Below, piece after piece: positions 1 to 9,679 of a DNA stretch of 64,000 nucleotides. The translations under genes and the position numbers were made by a program. The DNA lies in the NCBI GenBank assembly GCA_004764695.1, contig SMSO01000006.1, positions 573,859-637,858 on the forward strand. Direction: 5' to 3'. Origin of the DNA: Schizochytrium sp. TIO01 (Eukaryota; Protista; Bigyra: Labyrinthulomycetes). The number at the start of each line of letters is the position of its first letter. The stretch's first letter is position 1. The notes beneath the pieces are model-generated. The model searched no databases. It saw nothing but the letters and a program-made list of their open reading frames with translations, and was not told the origin of the DNA.

Positions 1-1357
1 TCTTTCTGCAGCACATCATTGTGTCTCTGAAAACTGTAAATTTGTCAACGCTTTTCAATATCTGCATTTGTATAATCAATTCCTGCCTTCAGCAATGAAT
101 AAGATGCCTTTCGAAATTTTTCCCTTTTTCCCTTTTCTTTTCTAAAAAGCAGATTCAATAACCCCTAATGATTTAACCTTTGCTTATTTTATAAAATTCA
201 TATTCTTGCGTTCACAGTTTTAGAATTAAAACATCACATCATAAATTAAACTCAAGTTAAGAAATCAGTTTCATTTATTTAAAAATATATCTTTCGGAAA
301 TAACCTTTTTTCTCTCTCTAAAAGTTAAAAGAATAAAATTTCATAAAATGCGTTTATCTATTCCACTGGGGCGTGCACATTTTTGCATACCTGTAACCCC
401 CATTACTATTAATCAAAGGTGCTAAAACGGGTTCAAGAAGTGAACAATTTTAATTATTTTATATATGATACATATTATATCTATTATATCGAACAGCGAA
501 CTATCTCTTCGATTTGTCATGTTTACAAGTCTCGTTTGAGTCTATTTGCGCGGATGAGCCTGCAGAAAGTAGAATAAAACAGTACGAAACCAGCAGATTT
601 GGGATAAACAAACAGAACTACAAACAAGCGACTTTGCAATCACTCCTCGTCGAACTGCACAAAACTCGATTCACACTATCGTGGTCGTTCTCCCCGCTGG
701 CTTTTCTACCTTGAGCGTCTTCTGCAAACTTCCTCTCCAAAAGTTCTTGAAAGAAAAGAAAGTGACTTACCGCTTAATTGTGCAACTCGGAGAACCTACC
801 TGTTCAATACTCGTGCCTGCCCTTCCACAATTCTGCCAATCGTTGATTGGCATCGTTCCTTCTTTCAAATTGCCACCTCCACCTCCGAAATCAAGCGCCG
901 CGGAAATTGAGGCTTGCGTCTCCTACGCGTTGGCACTTAGCTCCTCCAGCTAGCCTGAAGCCGGCCCTTCGGAGCTCCTCGGCGCGTGCTCGTGATAACA
1001 ACACAGACAAGAACCCCGAAGGAAAGTCAAAAAAAGAAAAGCCATGCATGCTTGCATGCTTACATGCATTCGAGCCCACCCGCCTAGCTAGAGCCAATAC
1101 AGTCCAGGCTGCTTGCCAGCTGAAAACCGGGTCCAGACCCACGCCAAGGTGCGGTTTCGCGTGAGTGGACATCGCTGCTGTGTAGTGCTTTGTGCGCCAA
1201 GAGGCAGAAATGGCGATCGACGTTTGGCGCCGCCGACGTCGATCTGCCCCAAGGCAGGCGTCTGCTCTGCTCTCGCAGGAGTTGCTGCTGCTCTGCGCTT
1301 GCGTCTGATCTGGATATCGCGCGGCCCACTCGGCTCTCGCCGGAATGCGGTCACATC

Positions 1358-1452
1358 TTCGAGAGTGAAAGAGGTTTCGAGAGTGAAAGAGGTTTCGAGA
1401 GTGAAAGAGGTTTCGAGAGTGAAAGAGGTTTCGAGAGTGAAAGAGGTTTCGA
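1358..1452. repeat. 18-bp tandem minisatellite (TTCGAGAGTGAAAGAGGT)x5
   Basis: Five perfect head-to-tail copies plus a partial sixth, with no spacers. Confidence 0.97.
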
Positions 1453-2192
1453 AGCGAAAGTCCACTTCGCCCTGGAGCGAGCCCCGCGCAAGCAACCGAG
1501 GCTCCAGACGCATTGCTCTCCTACGCGGAGGCGGCCGGCCGAAACAGGAGCGGAGGAGGAGGAGGACCCGGTCCAACAGCTTAGGCTCCGCTGCAGAAGC
1601 GAGAGAGCGAAGCGGCAATGCTGTTCGTGGTTTTGAAAAGAGGTAGACCTCAGGCTTGAGACCACGCTTGGATTGCGAGCAGCTCGTCAGATGTTAGCGG
1701 AACAGCATCGACTCGCTGCCGGAGAGCGGGAAGGCGAGCCCGTCGTTTAGGTTGTCGGTTGCTTCACACGACCAGCGGCATGCTTGCTGGTTCTTGGTGA
1801 GTGCTACTCGAAGCTTCCTCGCTCGTATTTCTCTCCCTCTCTGCAGAATGAAGCATCTCTGCGAAGTGCTCACTCGCGCACTCAAGACTCACTCTCTGTG
1901 CGACCCACGTTGAGACGCGATCTCTGTCTCGCATTTCAAGTTTGCTCCGCACTGTTAGGTACCTGCCTACCAGTGCCAATGAAGTGGGAGCGAGTGAGTG
2001 AGTGCTTCGTGTCGCTCAGGGAGATCCTTACACGTATCGAGACTTACGAACGGAAACTGGGACGATTTTCTCCCTCATCGCTCTCTTTGTTTCCCTTTGC
2101 TCCGCTTTGTTGGGAACAACTGAAATCTGGCCCATCTTGAGGAGGAAGCTGACCTTGTACAGAAATAGCATTTTAGTACGCTTTCCAATTTA

Positions 2193-2223
2193 AGACGTAG
2201 TACTTTTCGAAAGTACTACGTCT
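2193..2223. repeat. Perfect inverted repeat (14-bp stem, 3-nt loop)
   Basis: AGACGTAGTACTTT-tcg-AAAGTACTACGTCT; arms are exact reverse complements. Confidence 0.9.
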
Positions 2224-3282
2224 AAGCTCCTTACCGCCCCGCAGAGGGGACATAAAGGTGTAGGTACAAGGGGAAAGTGCTGCTACCTAGCTTTAGGAGA
2301 AGAGCAGATGAGCTGTAGTGGTCGAACACGCCTCAGGTGGCAAGGTACCGAGCCAGGATTGTGGCGATGCAACATATGGTGTATGGACGCTGCAGCTGGG
2401 GAAATTTGAACGATCTAGCATTGTTGTTCGCCATAATGATGCGATCCCCCATCCAGAAGCTTGTGAAAAGCGAATGTCAGCGGCAAGAACTAAAATCCCC
2501 ATCAAGGGGGTTTTGTAGAGCCGCTATATTGGATTGTCTGCATGGCGTTAAGACACTTGTAGTTAGAGTTGAACATAAAACCAGCAGGGATGGGGTGAGA
2601 GGAAATGTTTTCACTGTGCTACTAACTCAACTCTTCATTCAGCATTGCGCTGCAAATTGTCGGAAGCACAGGAGAATAGGAGCACATTTGGTAGATAGTT
2701 TCTCAAGCCTATCGAAGCCGTTATGCAGAGCTCAATCGCCAATTCTGCCAAGGATTTTTATTGTCTAACACGACCATATTTTGGTATTTTGGATACGTCA
2801 ACTACAAACCAAATGGTAGCTTCATACGCTAAAATTATACAGGCAAGGCTTTTCATCAAAACAGGAATTTATACTGTTACAATTAGATTCGTTCCGATCA
2901 ATTGTACTCTTTGAAAGAAGAAAGGAAAATGAGATATACCCTTAATCTTGGGTGTAGCCATCATTTCATGGGTCAACAAAACGAACCATAAACATAAGGA
3001 CTATTAAGATTCAACCTGCATGACGCGGTTCAAGGACAGTAACATAATTTGCCTCCTTTGATGAGCTCGCATTAAGAAGCAAGAAATAATGAATATTTAG
3101 AATAATGAAAGCTTTTGCGCTTGAGAGAAGTATTCTTTTCCAAAAAGAAAAGAAAAGCAGAGTTCCATATTTAGCGAGCCGTATAGATCTCATCTTGCTG
3201 TCGTCAGAAATCTACGCTGGTGCACATGAATTCACCTAACCTTAGACAACTCGCTCTAGGTAAACAATTCCCTTGGCTAAAG

Positions 3283-3999
3283 TTAAACCTCAACAAAAAG
3301 GTTTTTGTAAAGATCCTGGGGTTCTGCGGAGTCAAATGCTTCAGGCTGGGCCCACGCAAAGATACGGTCAGCGATCGCTTCAGGGCTGGTCCACGCAGAG
3401 TGGTTCATGTTGGGCATCGCCTCACGGTTTGCGGGCGTATCGATAGTCCCGGGCAAGATGCAACGGCAGTTTCGTTGGGAATTATAGCAAAAATCATTAG
3501 CAAAGTCCATCGCAAGCTGGTGAGTAGCTGCCTTGCTCATCCCATATCCAGCAGCAAAGCCAGTTCCCCCGGCTTTACGAGCCGCCTGAGCACCGGTGAG
3601 AACCAACAAACCTTGAGGTCCAAGGCATTCTGCAGCAAGTGCTGCAGCAGTAAAAGCAGACTGAGCATTCATCTCCCACATCTTCTGCACAGGCTGTACA
3701 CCATCCTTGATTCCACCCATGGCAAAGCCACCGGCAACATGAACCACCGCATCAAGGCCAACATTGCCTTTGGATGCCCATTCATTGACATAAGCACGAG
3801 CTACCTCAAACTCATCATTCCATGATGCTCCAAGTGCTACTTCGCGCTTCACGATCTCTCCAATGTCACGGTGAACTTCAGTCTTGGCAGCAATTTTGTC
3901 CAAGCTTGCAACCTCCCACTGACCAGCAGCGAAAAATCGCTTCACCACCGCAGTGCCCAGGGCTCCTGCACCTCCTACAACGAGAACTCTGCGCTGCAT
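3283..3999 (-). CDS. QDPR: Dihydropteridine reductase (SDR family)
   Basis: Rossmann GGAGALG, VAGGF, catalytic YGMSK and LPGTIDTPANREAMP..SAWT, all matching QDPR motifs. First ATG is at 3999; the ORF track start is a GTG. Confidence 0.92.
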   Translation of the reverse strand: MQRRVLVVGGAGALGTAVVKRFFAAGQWEVASLDKIAAKTEVHRDIGEIVKREVALGASWNDEFEVARAYVNEWASKGNVGLDAVVHVAGGFAMGGIKDGVQPVQKMWEMNAQSAFTAAALAAECLGPQGLLVLTGAQAARKAGGTGFAAGYGMSKAATHQLAMDFANDFCYNSQRNCRCILPGTIDTPANREAMPNMNHSAWTSPEAIADRIFAWAQPEAFDSAEPQDLYKNLFVEV

Positions 4000-4631
4000 T
4001 TTATCGATAACCTCCACAGGCCTGCTAAACAGCTTCTTACAGTCTCCTTTCCAAACTGTGCTGGTAGACGCACGTTATTGCGCGTGCGAAACGTAAGCCG
4101 TGTTGGCCTAAGTCTAAAACACAAGGAAAGGACACAGGTCCAAGTCAGTCTCTCAAACGATGTCGCCGCGCAAAACTTCTTATTGTGCGAGTCTCAAGCA
4201 GCAGCCCTCGTATGTACTTACACCGATGCAAAAGTCTTCGCTATGCCCAAGATCTTCACGTTTCTTGTTTGCCCCGAAGACCTGGTTATCTTATTTTTTG
4301 TCTTCAAGAGAAAGTCATGAGCTTTCTGGCGCTTGCCGGATCCTGGGAAGATCACAAAGTTGTCTGTCCTTATTCCCAGGACCGGTACTGTCTGAGTCCT
4401 CTTAATCGGGACATGGACCCCACCATGATGCCTCATCGTGGGAAATATATGTGCCTAATAGAGGGTGGTTTAAGGACTCTTAGGTCAAGAGTCACACGAG
4501 GTTGAATCATGAAGAGTGACGACGATGTCTCAAGAGACCGCATTTTCTGTTGTTTGTTTCGTGGGAAATCAAGGTTTGGCCCCTGGGCACCTCGGCCAGA
4601 AACTCATCTCTAGAGTTTGTTAGGCCTGCTT

Positions 4632-6047
4632 ATGATTGAAGCGAGTCTTACTCGTCACCGGCGGGGCGAAGATTCTCCAAAATCAGTGGCACTTACCAGG
4701 GTGCGCAGCAACCAAACATACTCAGCGGCAGCCCAGCAAGACCAAGACGAAGACTACTCTTCTGAAGAGGAACAGGAGATCAGCAAGAACCAAAATCAAG
4801 AGTCAGCAGCCTCTTCGCTCACTTTACAGGCAGAGGGCTTGCAGGGAAAACACACGATGTATCGCAGCGATAGCGAAGGTCACAACGATGACCGAGAGGC
4901 CCTTCTACAGAAGAACCACAGCCAATTAGCAGACCAAGAGGCCCTGCGCTTGTGTCACACGAGCCTTGAGGGCGAGCAAACTTCAAATAATGGGCTTCAC
5001 GAGGATTTAAGTCCTTTGGGCGAAGGTTCAACCGTGTCAAGAGAGGAAAGTCAGTCAAAAAAAAATTGGAGACTTGGCTACCTTTGTTTATCTATTGTTG
5101 TCATTATTTGGGTCATTAGCAGTTTCATGGTGCAGTCGATCGAGAGCAAGCTTGCTGCGCCTTTTTTTCTTACGTACGTCGGCACAGGACTTTTTGTGAT
5201 TCTCATTCCATTTTCTTGGGCAACAGGAAGCATTGGCCGAATTCGACATAATGATGAACTCGGTCGTCGTGGTGATGACCTTTGGAATAGCCAAAAGGCA
5301 AGCCTCCGAGCTACGATTCATGGAGGTCTTGCAATGAGCGGCTTTTGGTTCCTTGCAATCCTTACCTACAACGCAAGTTTACAGTATACAAGCGTTACCA
5401 GTAGCACAATCCTCAGTAGTACATCGTCGGTCTTCACGCTGGCATTGAGCGCGTTATTTCGTATTGAACGAATCACGTGGATGAATGCACTTGGTGTAGC
5501 AGCTTGTGTTCTTGGATCCATTTTCGTGGGTCTTGCAGATGATAATAGTAATGGCGAGAGCAGGGAGACCTTCTTGGGCGATCTGGCAAGTTTGCTGTCA
5601 GCCTTTTTCTACGCTTGTTATACACTTGTGATTGGTTATTGCTTTCCTTGTGGCGATGAAAGTGTTGACATGGCACTTGTCTTCGGTATTGTTGGGCTTA
5701 CCAACATTGTTTTGCTTACACCCGTTGTTGTTGCAACTCATTTGACAGGTCTGGAATCTCTCGTTGGCCTCACGCCTGGACTATTTGCTTTTATGCTGCT
5801 CCAGGGCTTTCTCGACAATGTTGTTTCCGACTATCTATGGGCTCGTGCAGTTCTTCTTACCTCGCCCACAGTCACGACAGTTGGTCTTTCTCTTACAATC
5901 CCACTCTCGGCAATCTGTGACATCATTTTCGTGGGCCACATCCCAACACTACTTGCAGGGTTTGGTGGCGTCTTGGTTACCATGGGTTTTTTCGCAGTTA
6001 CTGCTAAGCGAGGAACGACCGCATCAACTCAACCATTAGATGTCTAG
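4632..6047 (+). CDS. SLC35F5/Thi74-like EamA (DMT) transporter
   Basis: About 10 hydrophobic helices; PFFLTY, YTSVTSSTILSSTSSVFT and SDYLWARAVLLTSP..TVGLSLTIPL motifs; acidic disordered N-terminus. First ATG is at 4632. Confidence 0.9.
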   Translation: MIEASLTRHRRGEDSPKSVALTRVRSNQTYSAAAQQDQDEDYSSEEEQEISKNQNQESAASSLTLQAEGLQGKHTMYRSDSEGHNDDREALLQKNHSQLADQEALRLCHTSLEGEQTSNNGLHEDLSPLGEGSTVSREESQSKKNWRLGYLCLSIVVIIWVISSFMVQSIESKLAAPFFLTYVGTGLFVILIPFSWATGSIGRIRHNDELGRRGDDLWNSQKASLRATIHGGLAMSGFWFLAILTYNASLQYTSVTSSTILSSTSSVFTLALSALFRIERITWMNALGVAACVLGSIFVGLADDNSNGESRETFLGDLASLLSAFFYACYTLVIGYCFPCGDESVDMALVFGIVGLTNIVLLTPVVVATHLTGLESLVGLTPGLFAFMLLQGFLDNVVSDYLWARAVLLTSPTVTTVGLSLTIPLSAICDIIFVGHIPTLLAGFGGVLVTMGFFAVTAKRGTTASTQPLDV

Positions 6048-6386
6048 ATTGAAGTTTTTGCCTTCTAGCGCCCAGGGTGTATCTTTATATTTGTAACATA
6101 GCGATGTGTTAAACAATTTTGACTACGAAAATAGGGTACAGCTCTAAATCACTAGCATTGTTAGGTTTCAGTCGTGTTTCTTCAGTTCACAGCAAACAGA
6201 AATTAGATATTCTGCGTTGTAATTTCATATCTGCTTCGTATCTTAGCTCAGGATGAAGAGCAGGCAGCCGTAGAATTATAAATTAAACAATCTTTAGTAG
6301 TTGCTACTTGAGTTAACAGCCGGCGACAAGACACATCCAGAAAAAAAATAAAAAAATGTACAGATGTTAACTTGTTTCGGAGGTTT

Positions 6387-7445
6387 CTACTTGAGGTCAT
6401 TCCAAAGTTTCCTTGCGATTGGTATCGTCGCTGCTTCTAGAGCGTCCAGGCACAGGAGACGCATCCATGGCGCCTTAGAGCAAAACTCTTTCAAAGGTGG
6501 CAACAACATGTGTTTCGACCCAAATCCGTCGGCTCCTTCATAGTTACCGAGAATACTATGTGCTGCAAGTGCTCCCTCCAACAGACCGGAGAGCAGCTTT
6601 GTGGCAATCAAAAAGTCTCTGCGTGCAATATCTAACGTTATACGTCGCTCCAAGGCAACAAGCTCTCGTCCTTCAACTTCGTGCAGAGTGCGTATTGCCC
6701 ACTCCCCAGCACTTTTCAAGTTCTCTTCATTACCAGCGTTTGAAGTAGAACTTGAACTAGACTTGAGCCAAGGACTTGGCCTGAGATTTGAGATCAGCAA
6801 ATGTGCGCTCATATCCATTGGCAGTTCTATTCCATTTCCTTCAGCTTTTAGCAATGCCTCTCTCGCCGCCAGCACCAAACACGTCACTGCTTCCTTTCGT
6901 TTCTCTGCGTCTTGGAGGCCTTCCTCCACTGCCTTACGAAACTCCTCTCCATTTGCCGCCTCTTGAATTAATAGAGCACCCTTAATGCGCTCATCCGCTT
7001 CTTGTACGGATGGTATTTTATCCAGCTGCTCTTTCGCCTTTCGGACTCGTTCAAAAGCATCTTGAACAAATTCCGGGGCTCCAGACCCCAAGCTTTCTGC
7101 TGCCTGCTCCACCCATGTCTTGAGCTTTGGGGTTAGGTGCGGGGATTCTGCCATAGCCAAGACCAAGGTCATTCGTGCTTTGGAGAGCCAGGATCCTGCT
7201 CCCGCTCCGGAGCTCCAAGTCAAACCTCTCAGCGGAATCTCACCACGTTTTCGTTTAACTGAGTCAACCCCTTTCAAAGCATCTTGCACGTGCTTCAACC
7301 CCTCGTTTCGCACGTGTGCCTCCACACAAGCTGCCCACGCCAAGGCACGTTCCGCCGTGCGGAGGCTCCATGAGTGGAGCTCGGGGCCTCTGGCGAGCTC
7401 CAGAGCACGCACAAGCTGCTCTACATGGGCTCGGGTCTCCGCCAT
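6387..7445 (-). CDS. Helical protein, probable Fanconi anaemia group F (FANCF)-like
   Basis: Intact 352-aa ORF. The N-terminus HVEQLVRALELARGPELHSWSLRTAERALAWA follows the FANCF pattern W-x6-RAL-x-WA; later LVLAMAESPHL resembles FANCF LSLRLLENRAL. The CDS is solid; the family call is tentative. Confidence 0.6.
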   Translation of the reverse strand: MAETRAHVEQLVRALELARGPELHSWSLRTAERALAWAACVEAHVRNEGLKHVQDALKGVDSVKRKRGEIPLRGLTWSSGAGAGSWLSKARMTLVLAMAESPHLTPKLKTWVEQAAESLGSGAPEFVQDAFERVRKAKEQLDKIPSVQEADERIKGALLIQEAANGEEFRKAVEEGLQDAEKRKEAVTCLVLAAREALLKAEGNGIELPMDMSAHLLISNLRPSPWLKSSSSSTSNAGNEENLKSAGEWAIRTLHEVEGRELVALERRITLDIARRDFLIATKLLSGLLEGALAAHSILGNYEGADGFGSKHMLLPPLKEFCSKAPWMRLLCLDALEAATIPIARKLWNDLK

Positions 7446-8149
7446 CGCGGCTGCCTGGGGCTAGGTTAGCTCCAACGCAAATGCCTCGAGCCTCATTCTA
7501 CAACTGCTTCGCAGGTTCTTCGATTTTCTTGTACTCAATTCATTTCATGTATCTCTAACGACCGAAAGACTGTTTTCAACAGAAAGACTCGCAGAAACAA
7601 AATGGCCAAAGAATACGCAGAAAAGTTGGGCTTTGAAGCCCATTGCCAGCAGGGCAGTAAGTAGATGGGCTCTTCGAATTACCGGAGTGATGCTGGTCTT
7701 ACGTAAGTTCCTGATGCATAAAAGAGTAGTGCTTTTGAACGTGATGATTAGACGATAGGTTTGTCAATAAAATGTATCCGTTGATAGGGGGTTACATTAT
7801 GCACAAGCGCCAAATTAAAAGAGGAGATAACTTTGACAAGGGCTATATAGAAACGAAATAGGCACGCAGAAAGATAGAAAGTGCCCCCAAACGCACATGG
7901 GGAGACCTTGCGGACGTGTGCAGGATTTAATGTCAGTAGGTTGGAAATATAGACGTTGGTGCCGAAGCGGTTGATGGAGAAACATATTTCAATCGGTGCA
8001 GTCACGGCCACTTGAGTCAAGCCGTCAGCGTCTTGCAGCGTACAGGGATAGCTGCAAGGACTTCGCTGCAGGGGTCTGAGCAGAGGATATATTGAGTTGA
8101 CTCAATCCTTCCGAAAACGCGACAGATATTTCGCTGCGAGTGTTGAAAG

Positions 8150-9679
8150 ATGGGCTCATCAAGCAGCAAGACACTCGACTGTAATGTGGCAGTGATTGGT
8201 CTCGATGGTGCAGGAAAGACTACGATTGTGAATGCGCTTACGGGCAAAGCGGATCGCAAGGTCATGCCAACTGTTGGCATCAACCAACCTCGTGTAGTTA
8301 CTATTGGCGAAGTGAACCTTAAGCTCTACGATCTCGGTGGCAGTGCGTCATTTCGCAAAGCTTGGACAGACCGACTCTCTCGAAGTCATGCTGTTGTCTT
8401 TGTATTGGATTCCAACGACCAGAGTCGTGTGCTTGAAGCCCGGCACGAATTTAAGAATTACATTACAGATGACTATATCGTCAAGAAGCCTATCCTTATT
8501 TTTGCGAACAAAGAGGATGCAACTCCAGCAGCAATAACTATTAGGCAGATCGAGGAATCTCTGCGTCTACGATATGAAGATAGTCTTGAGCCTGATCTTT
8601 GGCGCGTTATTCCTTGTGTAGCATCCAAGACGCAGAACCAAGGTGAAATCGACGCTCGTTTAATGGACGGTCTTCGCTGGATAGCTCAACTTATTCAACC
8701 ATTATACAAGGAAATTAATGATCAAGTTTCTGAATGTAGCAAATCCTTAGAGAAGAAATGGAAGGCAGAACAACTTGCAAACAAAAAATCAGTTCAAGCA
8801 AAGAAGAAGGCCTCTAAACTCAGTGCCACAGTAAAACCAGAGGGTGAAAGAGCGATCGCTGCACCAAAACCAGTTCAGACTTTCCCTTGTGAAAATATGC
8901 TTGATGTTCAAGGGAACTGGGTCAAGTGCAAAAACGAAGCTACAACACGTTCGTCCGTGACAGGTTGGAGGTCACTGTGTGATACATGTGCTGCAGCTGC
9001 AGCAGCCATTGCCAAAGCAAAAGAAATTGAGGCCGAGAGCCAGCAGAAGCAGCAGAAGCAACAACAGCTACTACAATCCATACCGAATACAATTGAAATG
9101 GTAACGAAGGGGAAAAGTGAGCTCGAGATATTCGCTAGGGAGCAACAACTTGAGCAAGCATCGCCTCACCGTTCTCCAAACCAGCCTCATTCTCCGATGT
9201 CTCCGGATGATGATCCGGTAAACTTGCATGGCATTGCCCAAGGCACTGCTCAGAGTAAGGAAGAGCGTAAACGGATTCGTAAGGAAAAGAAGGAGCGCAA
9301 ACGGATCAAAGCAATCCGTAAACAGTACAAGAGCACCCATTTTGTCCAAGACGAAAAGGTTTATGCTGTTTTCAAGGGTGCCAAGTGGTACGAAGGTAAA
9401 GTGATGGGGAAGAATGATGATGGGACAATTAAAGTCAAGTTTGATGATGGTGATGAGGATCATCGCGTTGAACCTTATAACGTTTTGCCTGTTTTAGGAC
9501 GCAAGTTGACACAGAACCTGCGGGTTGAAGTGAACTATAAGTCTTCTGGCAACTTTTACGGTGGTCGAATCGTCAAGTGCAACGAAGATGGAACAACATA
9601 CTTTATCAAATATGACGATGGGGATAGTGAGGAAGCTGTTCCAGCTTGGCGAATTCGCATTTTCAAGAACCAGGATTAG
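8150..9679 (+). CDS. ARL13-like Arf-family GTPase with coiled coil, Cys4 module and C-terminal tandem Tudor-like repeats
   Basis: GLDGAGKTT (G1), PTVG (G2), DLGGS (G3 lacking the catalytic Gln, as in ARL13), NKED (G4). Helical extension, then two W/F-Y-x-G-K/R...G-T...K-F/Y-DDGD repeats. Confidence 0.88.
   Translation: MGSSSSKTLDCNVAVIGLDGAGKTTIVNALTGKADRKVMPTVGINQPRVVTIGEVNLKLYDLGGSASFRKAWTDRLSRSHAVVFVLDSNDQSRVLEARHEFKNYITDDYIVKKPILIFANKEDATPAAITIRQIEESLRLRYEDSLEPDLWRVIPCVASKTQNQGEIDARLMDGLRWIAQLIQPLYKEINDQVSECSKSLEKKWKAEQLANKKSVQAKKKASKLSATVKPEGERAIAAPKPVQTFPCENMLDVQGNWVKCKNEATTRSSVTGWRSLCDTCAAAAAAIAKAKEIEAESQQKQQKQQQLLQSIPNTIEMVTKGKSELEIFAREQQLEQASPHRSPNQPHSPMSPDDDPVNLHGIAQGTAQSKEERKRIRKEKKERKRIKAIRKQYKSTHFVQDEKVYAVFKGAKWYEGKVMGKNDDGTIKVKFDDGDEDHRVEPYNVLPVLGRKLTQNLRVEVNYKSSGNFYGGRIVKCNEDGTTYFIKYDDGDSEEAVPAWRIRIFKNQD

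Noticed and set aside
1358-1452. 18-bp repeats as a CRISPR array
   Set aside because: No spacers, no cas genes, eukaryotic context; it is a plain minisatellite.
3220-3825. 201-aa plus-strand ORF
   Set aside because: Antisense to QDPR, non-ATG track start, no recognisable domain.
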